From the NCBI GenBank assembly GCA_963708205.1, contig OY970196.1, forward strand, positions 2,388,242 to 2,452,241: a DNA stretch of 64,000 bases, written 5' to 3'. Both the position numbers and the translations under genes were made by a program. The DNA comes from an uncultured Chitinophagaceae bacterium. Its GTDB lineage: Bacteria; Bacteroidota; Bacteroidia; Chitinophagales; Chitinophagaceae. The notes under the pieces are model-generated. The model saw only the letters and a list, made by a program, of their open reading frames with translations, had not been told where the DNA came from and did not search any database. Shown here piece by piece: positions 47,753 to 57,348 of the stretch; positions within the stretch are counted from its first letter, which is position 1, and every line of letters starts with the position of its first letter.

Positions 47753-48676
47753 TCAAAAAATTTCTTTTTCGCCCCGCGCTAATTTTCTTATCTCCATTAC
47801 GTTACTTAAAAAACTTTTTGGTCTGAAATTGCATATTTGTTTTTCGTGCTTAAGCATAAAAAAAAATAAAGGCCAAACAAAATATCCTTTCTTCTTCTTT
47901 AAAAATAACTGATAGAATTTAGCATAAAATTCTTTCTCTTTTTCCAGTGGATTGTTTTTTAATGTTTCAAGCCACAGCAATTGTTTTTGAAAATCATTGT
48001 ACCTGATCGCATTTTTTCTCGCACCCGAACTTTTCTCAATAATTGTTTTTGTAATACTTGTAAAGTGTTGCCGGTAAAGGGTTAGCGGTTCATCTACATA
48101 CTTTATTCCGGTCAAGCAAGTTGCCAAAACAGCGAGCCATTTATCGTACTCAACATTTTGTGGCAAAGGCAAAAAATATTTTAATAATTCTTTTTTAATA
48201 AGGATAGTATGTCCCCAGGCAACATTGTCAAGAAAAAAACCAATTGTGCTTTTTACATCACCCATTTTTCTTACATCAGACAATTTTTTTCCGATATATT
48301 CTTTGTTTTCTTTTATTAATTCACTATTACTATAAACAAGAAAATGATTAACTATTGCATGATATAAAGTTGTGATTTTTTCAGGAAGCCAAATATCATC
48401 CTGATCTGAAAATGCAATGTAATCGCCACTTGCAGAGATTGCTGCTTCATAAAAGTTTTGAGAATAGCCAATATTATTTTCTCTATAAATAATTTTAATA
48501 CTTGGATAAGATTGATATCCCGAAATTATTTTTCTTGTGTTATCTGTTGAAGCATCATCTGCGATTATTATCTCAAGATTTGGATAAGTTTGTTCAATAA
48601 TTGAATCAATTTGTTCTTTCAAAAATTTTTCTCCGTTGTAAGTACTTACAACGATTGAAATGAGCGGAAGATGCAT
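47753..48676 (-). CDS. Glycosyltransferase family 2
   Basis: ISIVVSTYNGEKFLKEQIDSIIEQTYPNLEIIIADDASTDNT and FSDQDDIW. Confidence 0.88.
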   Translation of the reverse strand: MHLPLISIVVSTYNGEKFLKEQIDSIIEQTYPNLEIIIADDASTDNTRKIISGYQSYPSIKIIYRENNIGYSQNFYEAAISASGDYIAFSDQDDIWLPEKITTLYHAIVNHFLVYSNSELIKENKEYIGKKLSDVRKMGDVKSTIGFFLDNVAWGHTILIKKELLKYFLPLPQNVEYDKWLAVLATCLTGIKYVDEPLTLYRQHFTSITKTIIEKSSGARKNAIRYNDFQKQLLWLETLKNNPLEKEKEFYAKFYQLFLKKKKGYFVWPLFFFMLKHEKQICNFRPKSFLSNVMEIRKLARGEKEIF

Positions 48677-48694
48677 TTATATTTCTTAAATAAA

Positions 48695-49573
48695 TTATTG
48701 CGCTAAAAATGATTGCGCAATTAAATATGGGTTGATATTTTTTTGATCCTGGCTTTGCAATTTTATTTTATTAAAGATGTCTTCAAGGCTTACATCTTTC
48801 ATTCTTTTCGATTGTATTATCCGATATACTTTTTCTGCAAGCAGCCAGTTTTTTTTGTCGGAAACCGCATTAGTATTGAGTTTTTTAAGTAACTCATTAT
48901 ACAATTCATCTACTCCTGTTCCGTTTTCTGCAATGGTTTTTATTATCGGGATATTTTTCTTGTGTATGTTTATTGAAAGCATTGATGTAAGATTTTTTTC
49001 AAAGATATCTGCACCTTGTCTGTCTGCTTTATTTATTATAAAAATATCCGCAATTTCCATCACACCGGATTTCATGGTTTGAATTTCATCGCCGCTTTCA
49101 GGCACTAATATCAACATTGTAATATCTGCCAGTCCTGCAATTTCTATTTCACTTTGTCCTATGCCAACTGTTTCTATTATTATAAAATCAATGTTTTGAA
49201 ATTTTAAATATTCAGTTATTTCAATCATCATGGGACTTAAGCCACCAAGTGCTTTGCGCGATGCGAATGAGCGAATAAAAACTGATGGATGTGTGTACCA
49301 TTTGTTCATGCGAATTCTATCACCAAGCAAAGCTCCCATATTAAATGGTGAAGAAGGATCGATGCATAAAACCGCAACAGTTTTATTTTGCCCAATAATA
49401 TGTGATATCAATTTATCCGTTAATGTACTCTTTCCTGCGCCGGGAGTGCCCGTAATGCCAATGATGGCGGCACTTTCAGCTGAATTATTATTTTGCACCA
49501 ATAACTTTTCATATCCATCAACATTATTTTCTATCAAAGAAATATTTTTTGCTATTGTTTTAAAATCTATCAT
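48695..49573 (-). CDS. meaB: MeaB/ArgK-type G3E-family P-loop GTPase
   Basis: GITGTPGAGKSTL (G1), CIDPSSP, ETVGIGQSE (G3) and INKADR (G4). Confidence 0.85.
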   Translation of the reverse strand: MIDFKTIAKNISLIENNVDGYEKLLVQNNNSAESAAIIGITGTPGAGKSTLTDKLISHIIGQNKTVAVLCIDPSSPFNMGALLGDRIRMNKWYTHPSVFIRSFASRKALGGLSPMMIEITEYLKFQNIDFIIIETVGIGQSEIEIAGLADITMLILVPESGDEIQTMKSGVMEIADIFIINKADRQGADIFEKNLTSMLSINIHKKNIPIIKTIAENGTGVDELYNELLKKLNTNAVSDKKNWLLAEKVYRIIQSKRMKDVSLEDIFNKIKLQSQDQKNINPYLIAQSFLAQ

Positions 49574-49583
49574 CAAATCACGC

Positions 49584-50453
49584 TTAAATTATTTTATAAT
49601 TTTTAAAATCAAATGGACGAATACCCGTGAGTTTTTCGAAACGGTATAAAAAAAAGTCTTTTGCAGAAAATTTTTTCTTTGAAATATCCAAATTCAATTC
49701 CCAATTTTTTTTTCTGATCCTTTCTTTCATCACATCAGGATGCGAGCCTGTAAATTTTTGCAAAGAATCAAAATCATTAAAGTCAACTGCACTTTGCTGC
49801 AAAAACTTTTTCCACTCTTCAGAATCTTCATTCCAAAAACGACGAACATTTTTATGTTTCTCCATCATTTGTTCCGGACTTTTTACCCAGCCATAATGAT
49901 AAATGAAGGCATTTATTTTTTTTACCCTGATCTTCTTGCCATTTTTTCTAAATCCCTGCGCATCCTTATAAGCCTTTATATTTTTATCATTCCTGATAAT
50001 CCTCACTTCATGTGCATACCATTTGCGGCTGTCGCCAACATAATCATACGAACCAAAAAAGTGCAGGTAATTAAACAATAATCCTTCAACTAATTTGTTG
50101 TCTTTATATTTTTTGCACGCATTTAATATCTCATCATAATATTTTTCATGCACTGTTTCATCTGCCTGAATGTAGAAAGCCCAATCGCTTTCTTTATCAA
50201 TTAAGTTAAATGCTTTATTGGTTTCCACAGCTAAAACTTTTCCATCTTTTCGCAATGCATCGTCCCAAATTGAATGATGAATTTTTATTTTTTCATCCTT
50301 AATATCTCTAATTAAATTTTCAGTTTCATCTTCAGATTTGCCAACGAGCACAATCATTTCATCAACAACAGGCAATATAGATCGAATGGCTTCTACAACA
50401 GGATAATCATTCAGCAAAGCATTCCTGATAATTGTAAAACCTGAAATTTTCAT
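49584..50453 (-). CDS. Glycosyltransferase-like protein (GT2-related)
   Basis: MKISGFTIIRNALLNDYPVVEAIRSILPVVDEMIVLVG and IQADETVHE resemble a Bacteroidota GT2-like family. The assignment is from memory only. Confidence 0.6.
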   Translation of the reverse strand: MKISGFTIIRNALLNDYPVVEAIRSILPVVDEMIVLVGKSEDETENLIRDIKDEKIKIHHSIWDDALRKDGKVLAVETNKAFNLIDKESDWAFYIQADETVHEKYYDEILNACKKYKDNKLVEGLLFNYLHFFGSYDYVGDSRKWYAHEVRIIRNDKNIKAYKDAQGFRKNGKKIRVKKINAFIYHYGWVKSPEQMMEKHKNVRRFWNEDSEEWKKFLQQSAVDFNDFDSLQKFTGSHPDVMKERIRKKNWELNLDISKKKFSAKDFFLYRFEKLTGIRPFDFKNYKII

Positions 50454-50541
50454 TCAACAAAGAAAACAAAATTGTGGAAAGGTATTTTCAAATTAAATCT
50501 ACATTCTCATAAAGTATTAATTTGCGCGTTTGATAATTTCT

Positions 50542-51174
50542 ATGATAAATTTCATTCCCATATTTCCTTTATCTATTGTGGTGTATCCCGGTGAAGAACT
50601 GAACCTGCATATTTTTGAAGAGCGATACAAACAACTGATCAATGAATCTTTTACTGAGAAAAAATCTTTTGGCATTCCTGTTATTTTAAATGAACAGGTA
50701 AGTGAGCTGGGCACGCTGATAGAAGTAACGGAAATAGTAAAAAAATATGATGATGGCAAGATGGATATAAAAACGAAAGGAATAGCTGTTTTTAGAATTT
50801 TGGAGATTGTAAAAGATGTGCCCGATAAGCTGTACAGCGGCGCCATTGTTGATTATCCGGCAAATAATGTGGTGAAGAAACATAAGCTGATGCGGCTGAT
50901 CACAGAGAATGTGCGCGAATTGCACCGCTTAATGAAAGTGGAAAAAAGTTTTAATAAACCTGACGGCGAATTGGTGAGTTATGATGTTGCGCATCATGCG
51001 GGTTTGTCCCTCAATGAAGAGTATGAACTATTGGGTTTGCTGCGCGAAGACCAAAGACTTGAATATTTGAAAAGGCATTTGCAAAAAATACTTCCGGTTA
51101 TTGCGAGTACCGAATTGCTGCGGGATAAAATAAAAATGAATGGACATTTTAAAGAATTAAAAGGTTTATTTTAA
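50542..51174 (+). CDS. LON N-terminal substrate-binding domain protein
   Basis: IPIFPLSIVVYPGEELNLHIFEERYKQLI matches the start of the Lon N-terminal (LON/PUA-like) domain. No ATPase or protease domain is present. Confidence 0.8.
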   Translation: MINFIPIFPLSIVVYPGEELNLHIFEERYKQLINESFTEKKSFGIPVILNEQVSELGTLIEVTEIVKKYDDGKMDIKTKGIAVFRILEIVKDVPDKLYSGAIVDYPANNVVKKHKLMRLITENVRELHRLMKVEKSFNKPDGELVSYDVAHHAGLSLNEEYELLGLLREDQRLEYLKRHLQKILPVIASTELLRDKIKMNGHFKELKGLF

Positions 51175-51897
51175 ATGATAACACTCTGCTTCGATTTAGG
51201 AAATACCCGTTTGAAATGTGCTGTCTTTGAAAATGCAAAGCTGAAAGAATTAATAGTGATGGACAATGATGCGGAAGCAAGTGTTTTAGAGATCATAGAA
51301 AAATATCATCCGGAAAAAAGTATTTTATCATCCGTTATCAATCATGATCTTTCCATTGAAAAAATTTTAACTGAAAAAACAAAGTTTCACAAGCTTTCGG
51401 CTGCAAACAAATTGCCCTTCAGCACACCTGTAAACAAACCCGAAACTATCGGCGCGGACAGACTTGCACTTTGTGCGGCTGCTGTAAATATTTTTCCAAA
51501 TCAGCATAACCTTATTATCGGTTTGGGTTCGTGCATCACCTATAATTTTATAAATAAATCTCATGAGTTTTTAGGAGGAAGTATTTCACCTGGATTAGAA
51601 ATGCGCTTGCGCGCCATGCATGAGTTTACCGCGAAGCTTCCTTTGGTAAAACCGGATAATAATTTTCCCTTGGTCGGGTATAATACCGCAACTAATTTAT
51701 TAAGCGGCGCGATACTTGGAATGCGAAAAGAAATTGATGGAATGATAGATGAATATGCATTGAAATACGGCAACTTTAACGCGCTTTTAACCGGTGGTGA
51801 TTTGCCCTTTATTGCTTCTCATCTCAAAAACAAGATATTTGCAAACCCTCATCTTATCTATAAAGGACTATATGCAATCAGTGAGTATAACAACTAA
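51175..51897 (+). CDS. coaX: Type III pantothenate kinase
   Basis: LCFDLGNTRLK, IGADR and GGSISPG motifs. Confidence 0.92.
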   Translation: MITLCFDLGNTRLKCAVFENAKLKELIVMDNDAEASVLEIIEKYHPEKSILSSVINHDLSIEKILTEKTKFHKLSAANKLPFSTPVNKPETIGADRLALCAAAVNIFPNQHNLIIGLGSCITYNFINKSHEFLGGSISPGLEMRLRAMHEFTAKLPLVKPDNNFPLVGYNTATNLLSGAILGMRKEIDGMIDEYALKYGNFNALLTGGDLPFIASHLKNKIFANPHLIYKGLYAISEYNN

Positions 51898-53263
51898 CCG
51901 CGCGTTCATTTTTTTATGTGTTTTGTTTTTTTCAATGAGATTAACCGCACAGGAAAACTCACCTTTTTCAAGATATGGCATTGGCGATCTTTATCCTGAT
52001 GAATCCATTGCTTCTCGCGCAATGGGTGGCATGACAGCAGCGTTTGCAGACGGGCAGGCGCTCAACACAAACAACCCTGCAACCTATGGAAATATTAAGT
52101 TTGCAACTTTTGACCTCGGACTTTCAATAGATGCAAGAACACTCGCAGATAAAAGCCAGCAATTAACTTATAACTCTACAAATTTTTCGCCATCCTATAT
52201 TGCATTCGGTTTTCCTTTGGATAAAAAACATGGGATGGGTTTTGTTTTTGGTTTGAAACCCTTAAGCAGAATAAATTATAATGTAGAAAATTTTTCAACC
52301 GTAACATATAACGGTTTATCAGACAGTTTGCAAACAGTTTATGAAGGTTCCGGCGGTTTAAACCAGGGCTTCGCGGGTTTTGGAAAAAGATTTACGTTTG
52401 ATTCAGGCAAATTTGCTTTGAGCTTAGGTTTTAATACAGGATGGAATTTTGGAAAAAAGGATATCAGCACGCTTGTGAATATAATTAATGATACAGTCGC
52501 GTATCATCAATCCAGTTCATCAACAAATACAGCGTTTTGGGCTCCATTTTTAAATGGTGGTTTGCAATTAGATTTTAGATTGAAATCAATAAAAAATCCA
52601 GTAACGAAATTTTTATCGGTTTATACACTTCGCTTAGGTGGCGATGTAGAATTGCAGCAAACATTGAAGGCAAATCAAAGCATCAATGATCAAACATTTT
52701 ATTTTGATGTAAATGGTGCGATGGTAAAAATTGACAGCGTGTATGAACAGGATAATATTCTTGGCACCATCAATTTACCAACAACCTATACTGCCGGTTT
52801 CATGCTTGTAAAAACTGATGTTGTGCCCGGCATTGGAGGTGTTGATAAATGGATGTTTGGTGGGCAATATGAATCCGCTAAATGGAGCAATTATCGTTTT
52901 TATGATCAGCCGGACAGAACTGTTGATAATTGGGTTGCGAGAGTGGGTCTGCAATATGCACCCGATCCTATTTTTGGCAAAACATTATTCAGTCGCTCCA
53001 CCTATCGTATCGGTTTCAATACAGGAGAAAATTATATAGATGCAGATGGCAATGGTTTAAAAGAAACTGCTATAACTTTTGGCGCGGGTTTTAATTTAAA
53101 GGTTCGTCGTTCTTACGACCAGGAATATACATTACTAAATACATCTTTTGAAATTGGCAAACGAGGCACGGGTGTAAATAATGTTACGGAAAATTACTTT
53201 AAATTTTCTGTTGGTTTAACTTTAACGGACAAAGGATGGTTTCTTAAACGCAAGTATGAATAA
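51872..53263 (+). CDS. Outer-membrane beta-barrel protein of unknown function
   Basis: Signal peptide (FIFLCVLFFSMRLTAQ), then SPFSRYGIGDL, an N-terminal motif I recall from uncharacterised Bacteroidota OMPs. Alternating beta-strand pattern throughout. It overlaps coaX by 26 nt and lptC by 8 nt. Confidence 0.65.
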   Translation: MQSVSITTNRAFIFLCVLFFSMRLTAQENSPFSRYGIGDLYPDESIASRAMGGMTAAFADGQALNTNNPATYGNIKFATFDLGLSIDARTLADKSQQLTYNSTNFSPSYIAFGFPLDKKHGMGFVFGLKPLSRINYNVENFSTVTYNGLSDSLQTVYEGSGGLNQGFAGFGKRFTFDSGKFALSLGFNTGWNFGKKDISTLVNIINDTVAYHQSSSSTNTAFWAPFLNGGLQLDFRLKSIKNPVTKFLSVYTLRLGGDVELQQTLKANQSINDQTFYFDVNGAMVKIDSVYEQDNILGTINLPTTYTAGFMLVKTDVVPGIGGVDKWMFGGQYESAKWSNYRFYDQPDRTVDNWVARVGLQYAPDPIFGKTLFSRSTYRIGFNTGENYIDADGNGLKETAITFGAGFNLKVRRSYDQEYTLLNTSFEIGKRGTGVNNVTENYFKFSVGLTLTDKGWFLKRKYE

Positions 53264-53837
53264 TCTTTCTAAAAATATTTTAAAAACAGCAGCAGCCTTT
53301 TTTATCGGCTGCTTTTTTATTTCGTGTGAAAATGATATTCAGGCAGTGAAGGCATTGAGTGAAAAAAAAATTGGAGTAGAAGAAGCACATGATGTTATAA
53401 GTTATTTAAGTCTTGGGGGAAAAATGAAAGCAAAACTTACAGCACCATTGATGTTGCGAACAGAAACAGATACGCCAAAAACTGAATTTCCTAATACCTT
53501 GCATGTAGATTTTTATGATGATAGTACACAAATAGAAAGCAAGTTATTTGCGAAATATGGACGCTATTTAGAAAGCCAATCAAAAGTTTATTTGCGCGAT
53601 AGCGTTGTTGTTTTTAATATGAAAAAGGATACACTTCATACAAGTGAATTGTATTGGGACCAGGATAAAGAAATTTTTTATACTGATAAAGAAGTTTTTA
53701 TTAATCAACATAACCAGCAATACATTCATGGATATGGCTTAACCGCAAAGCAGGATTTCAGTTCATACACTATCACCAATCTTTTGCCCGGAAGCGGAAG
53801 TTTTATAAATGTACCTGACAGCAGCGCGCCACATTAG
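53256..53837 (+). CDS. lptC: LPS export system periplasmic protein LptC-like (OstA-like fold)
   Basis: 193 aa with an N-terminal anchor/lipobox FISC and the pattern ...GKMKAKLTAPLM...FPNTLHVDFYD...LYWDQDKEIFYTD typical of Bacteroidota LptC. Confidence 0.75.
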   Translation: MNNLSKNILKTAAAFFIGCFFISCENDIQAVKALSEKKIGVEEAHDVISYLSLGGKMKAKLTAPLMLRTETDTPKTEFPNTLHVDFYDDSTQIESKLFAKYGRYLESQSKVYLRDSVVVFNMKKDTLHTSELYWDQDKEIFYTDKEVFINQHNQQYIHGYGLTAKQDFSSYTITNLLPGSGSFINVPDSSAPH

Positions 53838-53846
53838 CATTTTAAT

Positions 53847-54638
53847 TTACCTAAAATCAATTAGCGAAGTAACATCGTAGCGGTTATTTTTATACTGCAT
53901 CATATCTACTTTTATTGTGCCTACAACGATCGGACTTTCTATGCGAAGCGGAATATGATTTGCATCATCACTTACCCAAACAGTCATTTTTTCTCCACCT
54001 TGAAAGATGGTGCCTTTTACAAGCAAGGGTTTAAATTTTATTGCATTAAATTTTCCATACCTCGTTTTTATAACTTCTTTTCCTAAATAACGGAGATAAA
54101 GATTTTCTACCTGTTTATCTAAAAACATAGAGAAGGGTATTTTATCATTAATCTTATATTTTGAAAAATTAATGTTGCGCGCATAATATACCGAACTTAA
54201 AACATCCTGTATGCAATTTGGTATTTTAAAAACGCCTGCATCTGTAATTGCTGTATTTGTTTGCTGATTAAAAGTAATATTCTCATACTTTTTGTAGCCG
54301 CCTTCGTCAACATTCCTGATGAATTTTAATGGTTGTAAATTACTGGTATCGAAATAACTTTCGTATTTATCACGCACTTTAAAAAAGAAATCATAGTTAG
54401 CGTTTGTGCGGCCTTCACCTACGACATGATATACAATTTTATTATTCAATTTTTCGAGCGATGTGGTAAAAGTTGCAGTGCCTGCGTTTAAATAAATTCC
54501 TGCAACAGAGTAAAAAATATTATAGGTAATAACTTCACCAGCTTTAAAAGCAGTATTATGAATACCACAAAAATCATCGCCTGCCGAAAGATTATTCCAA
54601 ATGCCAATCAATAAAAAAAGGGTTGCTAGTTTCTTCAC
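53847..54638 (-). CDS. DUF3108 domain protein
   Basis: Signal peptide, then FKAGEVITYNIFYSVAGIYLNAGTATF, typical of DUF3108. GTG start. Confidence 0.75.
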   Translation of the reverse strand: MKKLATLFLLIGIWNNLSAGDDFCGIHNTAFKAGEVITYNIFYSVAGIYLNAGTATFTTSLEKLNNKIVYHVVGEGRTNANYDFFFKVRDKYESYFDTSNLQPLKFIRNVDEGGYKKYENITFNQQTNTAITDAGVFKIPNCIQDVLSSVYYARNINFSKYKINDKIPFSMFLDKQVENLYLRYLGKEVIKTRYGKFNAIKFKPLLVKGTIFQGGEKMTVWVSDDANHIPLRIESPIVVGTIKVDMMQYKNNRYDVTSLIDFR

Positions 54639-54639
54639 A

Positions 54640-55650
54640 TTAATTATTTCTAAATAATTTTATTCCTATTATAAATAAACTACCTGCTACAGCCGGGATA
54701 ATTAAATTTATAAACCAAACTGATGCTGCTGTTGCAACAATGCCTAAAGTATTTGCACTTAATAAACCAAATAGCTGCAGGCTTACTTCACCGCGCAAGC
54801 CTAATTCTGCGATAGTTATTGTTGGAATTAATGCAAGCACTAAAAATAATGCACATGTAGCGCTCACAGCATCCAGCCAATATATTTCAACGCTAAAAAT
54901 ATGCAATAACAATAAATATTGAATCACAAATACAACGAACCTGCATGCAGATAATATCAAAATTCTTGTTAATTCCTTTTCATGAAATTCTTCTAAATTT
55001 TGTATAAAAATTCTGTACCGGTATATAAACGGAATTTTTTCTAATAAAGTTGTAATGCGTGCTATCTTATAATAGATAGAAATTAAAACTATTAACCCTG
55101 AAACAATTACATACATCAATGCATCGAGCCAAAAAGCTGATAAGCCAACTAACTGCATTTTGGGTTGAAAAATATGTGAGCGCATGTATAGCAAACCCAA
55201 TAAACCTGCAGTTAATGTAATGATTAATTGGCTTATGCTTCCTGCGAAACTCAAAGGCACCGAGCGTAAACGGTTACCTTTGTTCATGTATAATATTTTG
55301 CCAATGTAATCTCCTGTTGGAATAAATAATGAAAATGAAACACCTGATAGAACCGCTCTGAACGCAGCAAAATAGGAGATTGGCTGTACAGATTTTATAA
55401 GTATTTGCCACTTGCGCGCTTCAATACCCCAATTAACGCACATAAAAAAAATCACCAAAAAAATCAGTGGTTTATTTAATTTAATTGAGGTTAAAATTAA
55501 TTGCCATGAGTGCTGTAAGTTTGGTTGATTTTCAATGCGCAGATAAATGCAATACGACAGGATTAAAAAAAGCAGCGGACCAAATACATAATTAAGTAAT
55601 ATTTTATAACGTTGCTGAAACAGTTTTTTTTTCAAACGTACATAAAACAA
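54640..55650 (-). CDS. Flippase-like / lysylphosphatidylglycerol synthase TM-domain (UPF0104) membrane protein
   Basis: 336 aa, polytopic. The pattern ...WGIEARKWQIL...FRAVLSGVSFSLFIP is typical of UPF0104. TTG start. Confidence 0.65.
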   Translation of the reverse strand: MFYVRLKKKLFQQRYKILLNYVFGPLLFLILSYCIYLRIENQPNLQHSWQLILTSIKLNKPLIFLVIFFMCVNWGIEARKWQILIKSVQPISYFAAFRAVLSGVSFSLFIPTGDYIGKILYMNKGNRLRSVPLSFAGSISQLIITLTAGLLGLLYMRSHIFQPKMQLVGLSAFWLDALMYVIVSGLIVLISIYYKIARITTLLEKIPFIYRYRIFIQNLEEFHEKELTRILILSACRFVVFVIQYLLLLHIFSVEIYWLDAVSATCALFLVLALIPTITIAELGLRGEVSLQLFGLLSANTLGIVATAASVWFINLIIPAVAGSLFIIGIKLFRNN

Positions 55651-55687
55651 TCATTCCTTGTTACAGTATTAATAATTTCACAAACGA

Positions 55688-56254
55688 ATGAGCGAGAGCC
55701 AAGAAATAATTTTAGGTATTGATCCGGGAACTATGATGATGGGTTTTGCAGTTATTGTTATCAATCAAAAAAAAATATCCGTGCTTGAAATGGATGTTTT
55801 AAAATTGATGCACAAAAAAAATATCTATGAAAGGTTAGAGATGATCCATGCAAAAGTTTGTATGCTTATTACAGAATATTCTCCGCATGCATTTGCAATT
55901 GAAGCACCATTTTTTGGAAAAAATGTGCAGAGTATTTTAAAGCTCGGGCGAGCACAAGGTGTTGCTATTGCTGCGGCTATGCAATCAAAAATAACCATTA
56001 CCGAATATGCTCCAAGAAAGATCAAGCAATCAATAACAGGAAATGGAAATGCGGATAAAGAACAAGTTTGGAAAATGCTGGAACGCTTGCTATCATTGAC
56101 AAAAAAGCCACATTATTATGATGCAACAGATGCGCTTGCTGTTGCGCTGTGTCATCATTATCAATCATTATCTGGTATTAATGATCATAAAAAGAGCTTC
56201 AAAAATTGGGAAGAATTCATTTTAAAGAATGCCGAAAAAGTAATAAAAAAATAA
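55688..56254 (+). CDS. ruvC: Crossover junction endodeoxyribonuclease RuvC
   Basis: ILGIDPGTMMMGFAV, AIEAPFFGKN and DATDALAVALCH motifs. Confidence 0.93.
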   Translation: MSESQEIILGIDPGTMMMGFAVIVINQKKISVLEMDVLKLMHKKNIYERLEMIHAKVCMLITEYSPHAFAIEAPFFGKNVQSILKLGRAQGVAIAAAMQSKITITEYAPRKIKQSITGNGNADKEQVWKMLERLLSLTKKPHYYDATDALAVALCHHYQSLSGINDHKKSFKNWEEFILKNAEKVIKK

Positions 56255-56274
56255 TGTTTTTGTGAGAAAAATTA

Positions 56275-56667
56275 TTACAGCTCTTTTAGAATGCGTTGCT
56301 GTATTTCTTTTAATTCTTCCGTAGTTAAATTCAATTTCCTCTTTGTAAAATTTAAGTCTTCCGCAGAATTAACAGGAAGTAAATGTATATGTGCATGTGG
56401 CACTTCAAGACCAACAACTTCAATGCCGCAACGATTGCATACAAATGCTTTTTCAATAGCTTTTGCAATTGGTTTTGCAAATAATAAAATTTTACTTAAA
56501 AAATTTTCGGGCAGATCAAAAAGGTTATCAATTTCAGTTTTAGGCACAACCAACACATGCCCTTTTACTAAAGGTGCGATATCAAGAAATGCAAAGAAAT
56601 TTTCATCTTCAGCAATTTTGAATGAAGGAATTGAACCGGAAATTATCTTGGAAAATATTGTCATCAT
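56275..56667 (-). CDS. HIT-family (histidine triad) protein
   Basis: IFSKIISGSIPS...GHVLVVPK...HAHIHLLP. Confidence 0.92.
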   Translation of the reverse strand: MMTIFSKIISGSIPSFKIAEDENFFAFLDIAPLVKGHVLVVPKTEIDNLFDLPENFLSKILLFAKPIAKAIEKAFVCNRCGIEVVGLEVPHAHIHLLPVNSAEDLNFTKRKLNLTTEELKEIQQRILKEL

Positions 56668-56672
56668 AAATA

Positions 56673-57146
56673 TTACACGGTAATATCATTTACTTTAAAT
56701 TTCATCAAACCATTTGGTGTAACTACTTCAGCAATCTCGCCTCTTTTTTTGCCAAGCAATCCTCTACCGATAGGAGAGTTTACTGAAATTTTTCCTACTT
56801 TCAGATCCGCTTCTTTTTCACCAACGATTTGATAAGTAAATGTTTTTTTTGTTGCAGTATTTGTAATAGTAACGCGTGTCAGTATCGAAACTTTACTTGT
56901 ATCAATTTCACTTTCATCAACAATTCTTGCAGTGGCAAGCTGGCTCTCAAGCAATTTTATTTTTGCCTCTAAAATTCCCTGAGATTCTTTGGCAGCATCA
57001 TATTCAGCATTTTCTTTTAGGTCACCTTTTTCGCGTGCTTCTGCAATTGCACGTGATGCCGCCGGACGCTCAACGGATTTCATTTGATGTAATTCTTTCT
57101 TTATTTTCTCAAAGCTTTCTTTGGATACATACATTACGTCACTCAT
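56673..57146 (-). CDS. greA: Transcription elongation factor GreA
   Basis: 157 aa. REKGDLKENAEYDAAKE coiled-coil finger region and the C-terminal SVNSPIGRGLLGKK. Confidence 0.95.
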   Translation of the reverse strand: MSDVMYVSKESFEKIKKELHQMKSVERPAASRAIAEAREKGDLKENAEYDAAKESQGILEAKIKLLESQLATARIVDESEIDTSKVSILTRVTITNTATKKTFTYQIVGEKEADLKVGKISVNSPIGRGLLGKKRGEIAEVVTPNGLMKFKVNDITV

Positions 57147-57167
57147 ACATTTTCGTTTGATATAAAT

Positions 57168-57201
57168 AAAAAAAACAACGCCTCAATCTAGTGCGGCGTT
57201 G
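57168..57201 (-). terminator. Terminator-like hairpin plus U8 in the greA 5' leader (candidate attenuator)
   Basis: The minus strand reads caacgcc-gcactagattga-ggcgttg followed by tttttttt, ending 21 nt before the greA ATG. No minus-strand gene ends upstream of it. Confidence 0.6.
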
Positions 57202-57209
57202 CATATATT

Positions 57210-57217
57210 CAAAGTTA
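57210..57217 (-). promoter_or_regulatory. Candidate -7 promoter box for greA
   Basis: The minus strand reads TAACTTTG, a perfect TAnnTTTG match. It lies 8 nt upstream of the leader hairpin. Confidence 0.4.
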
Positions 57218-57348
57218 CAAACTTAACCTTTAAAAAAGCTTAAAGAATTAAAAAAAAATTTTGGTTTTTAAACAAATTTTAACCTTGAAAAATATCATTC
57301 CAAAACATAAATCAAACTTTTCTTCGTTTATATAAAAAATCCTTTATC

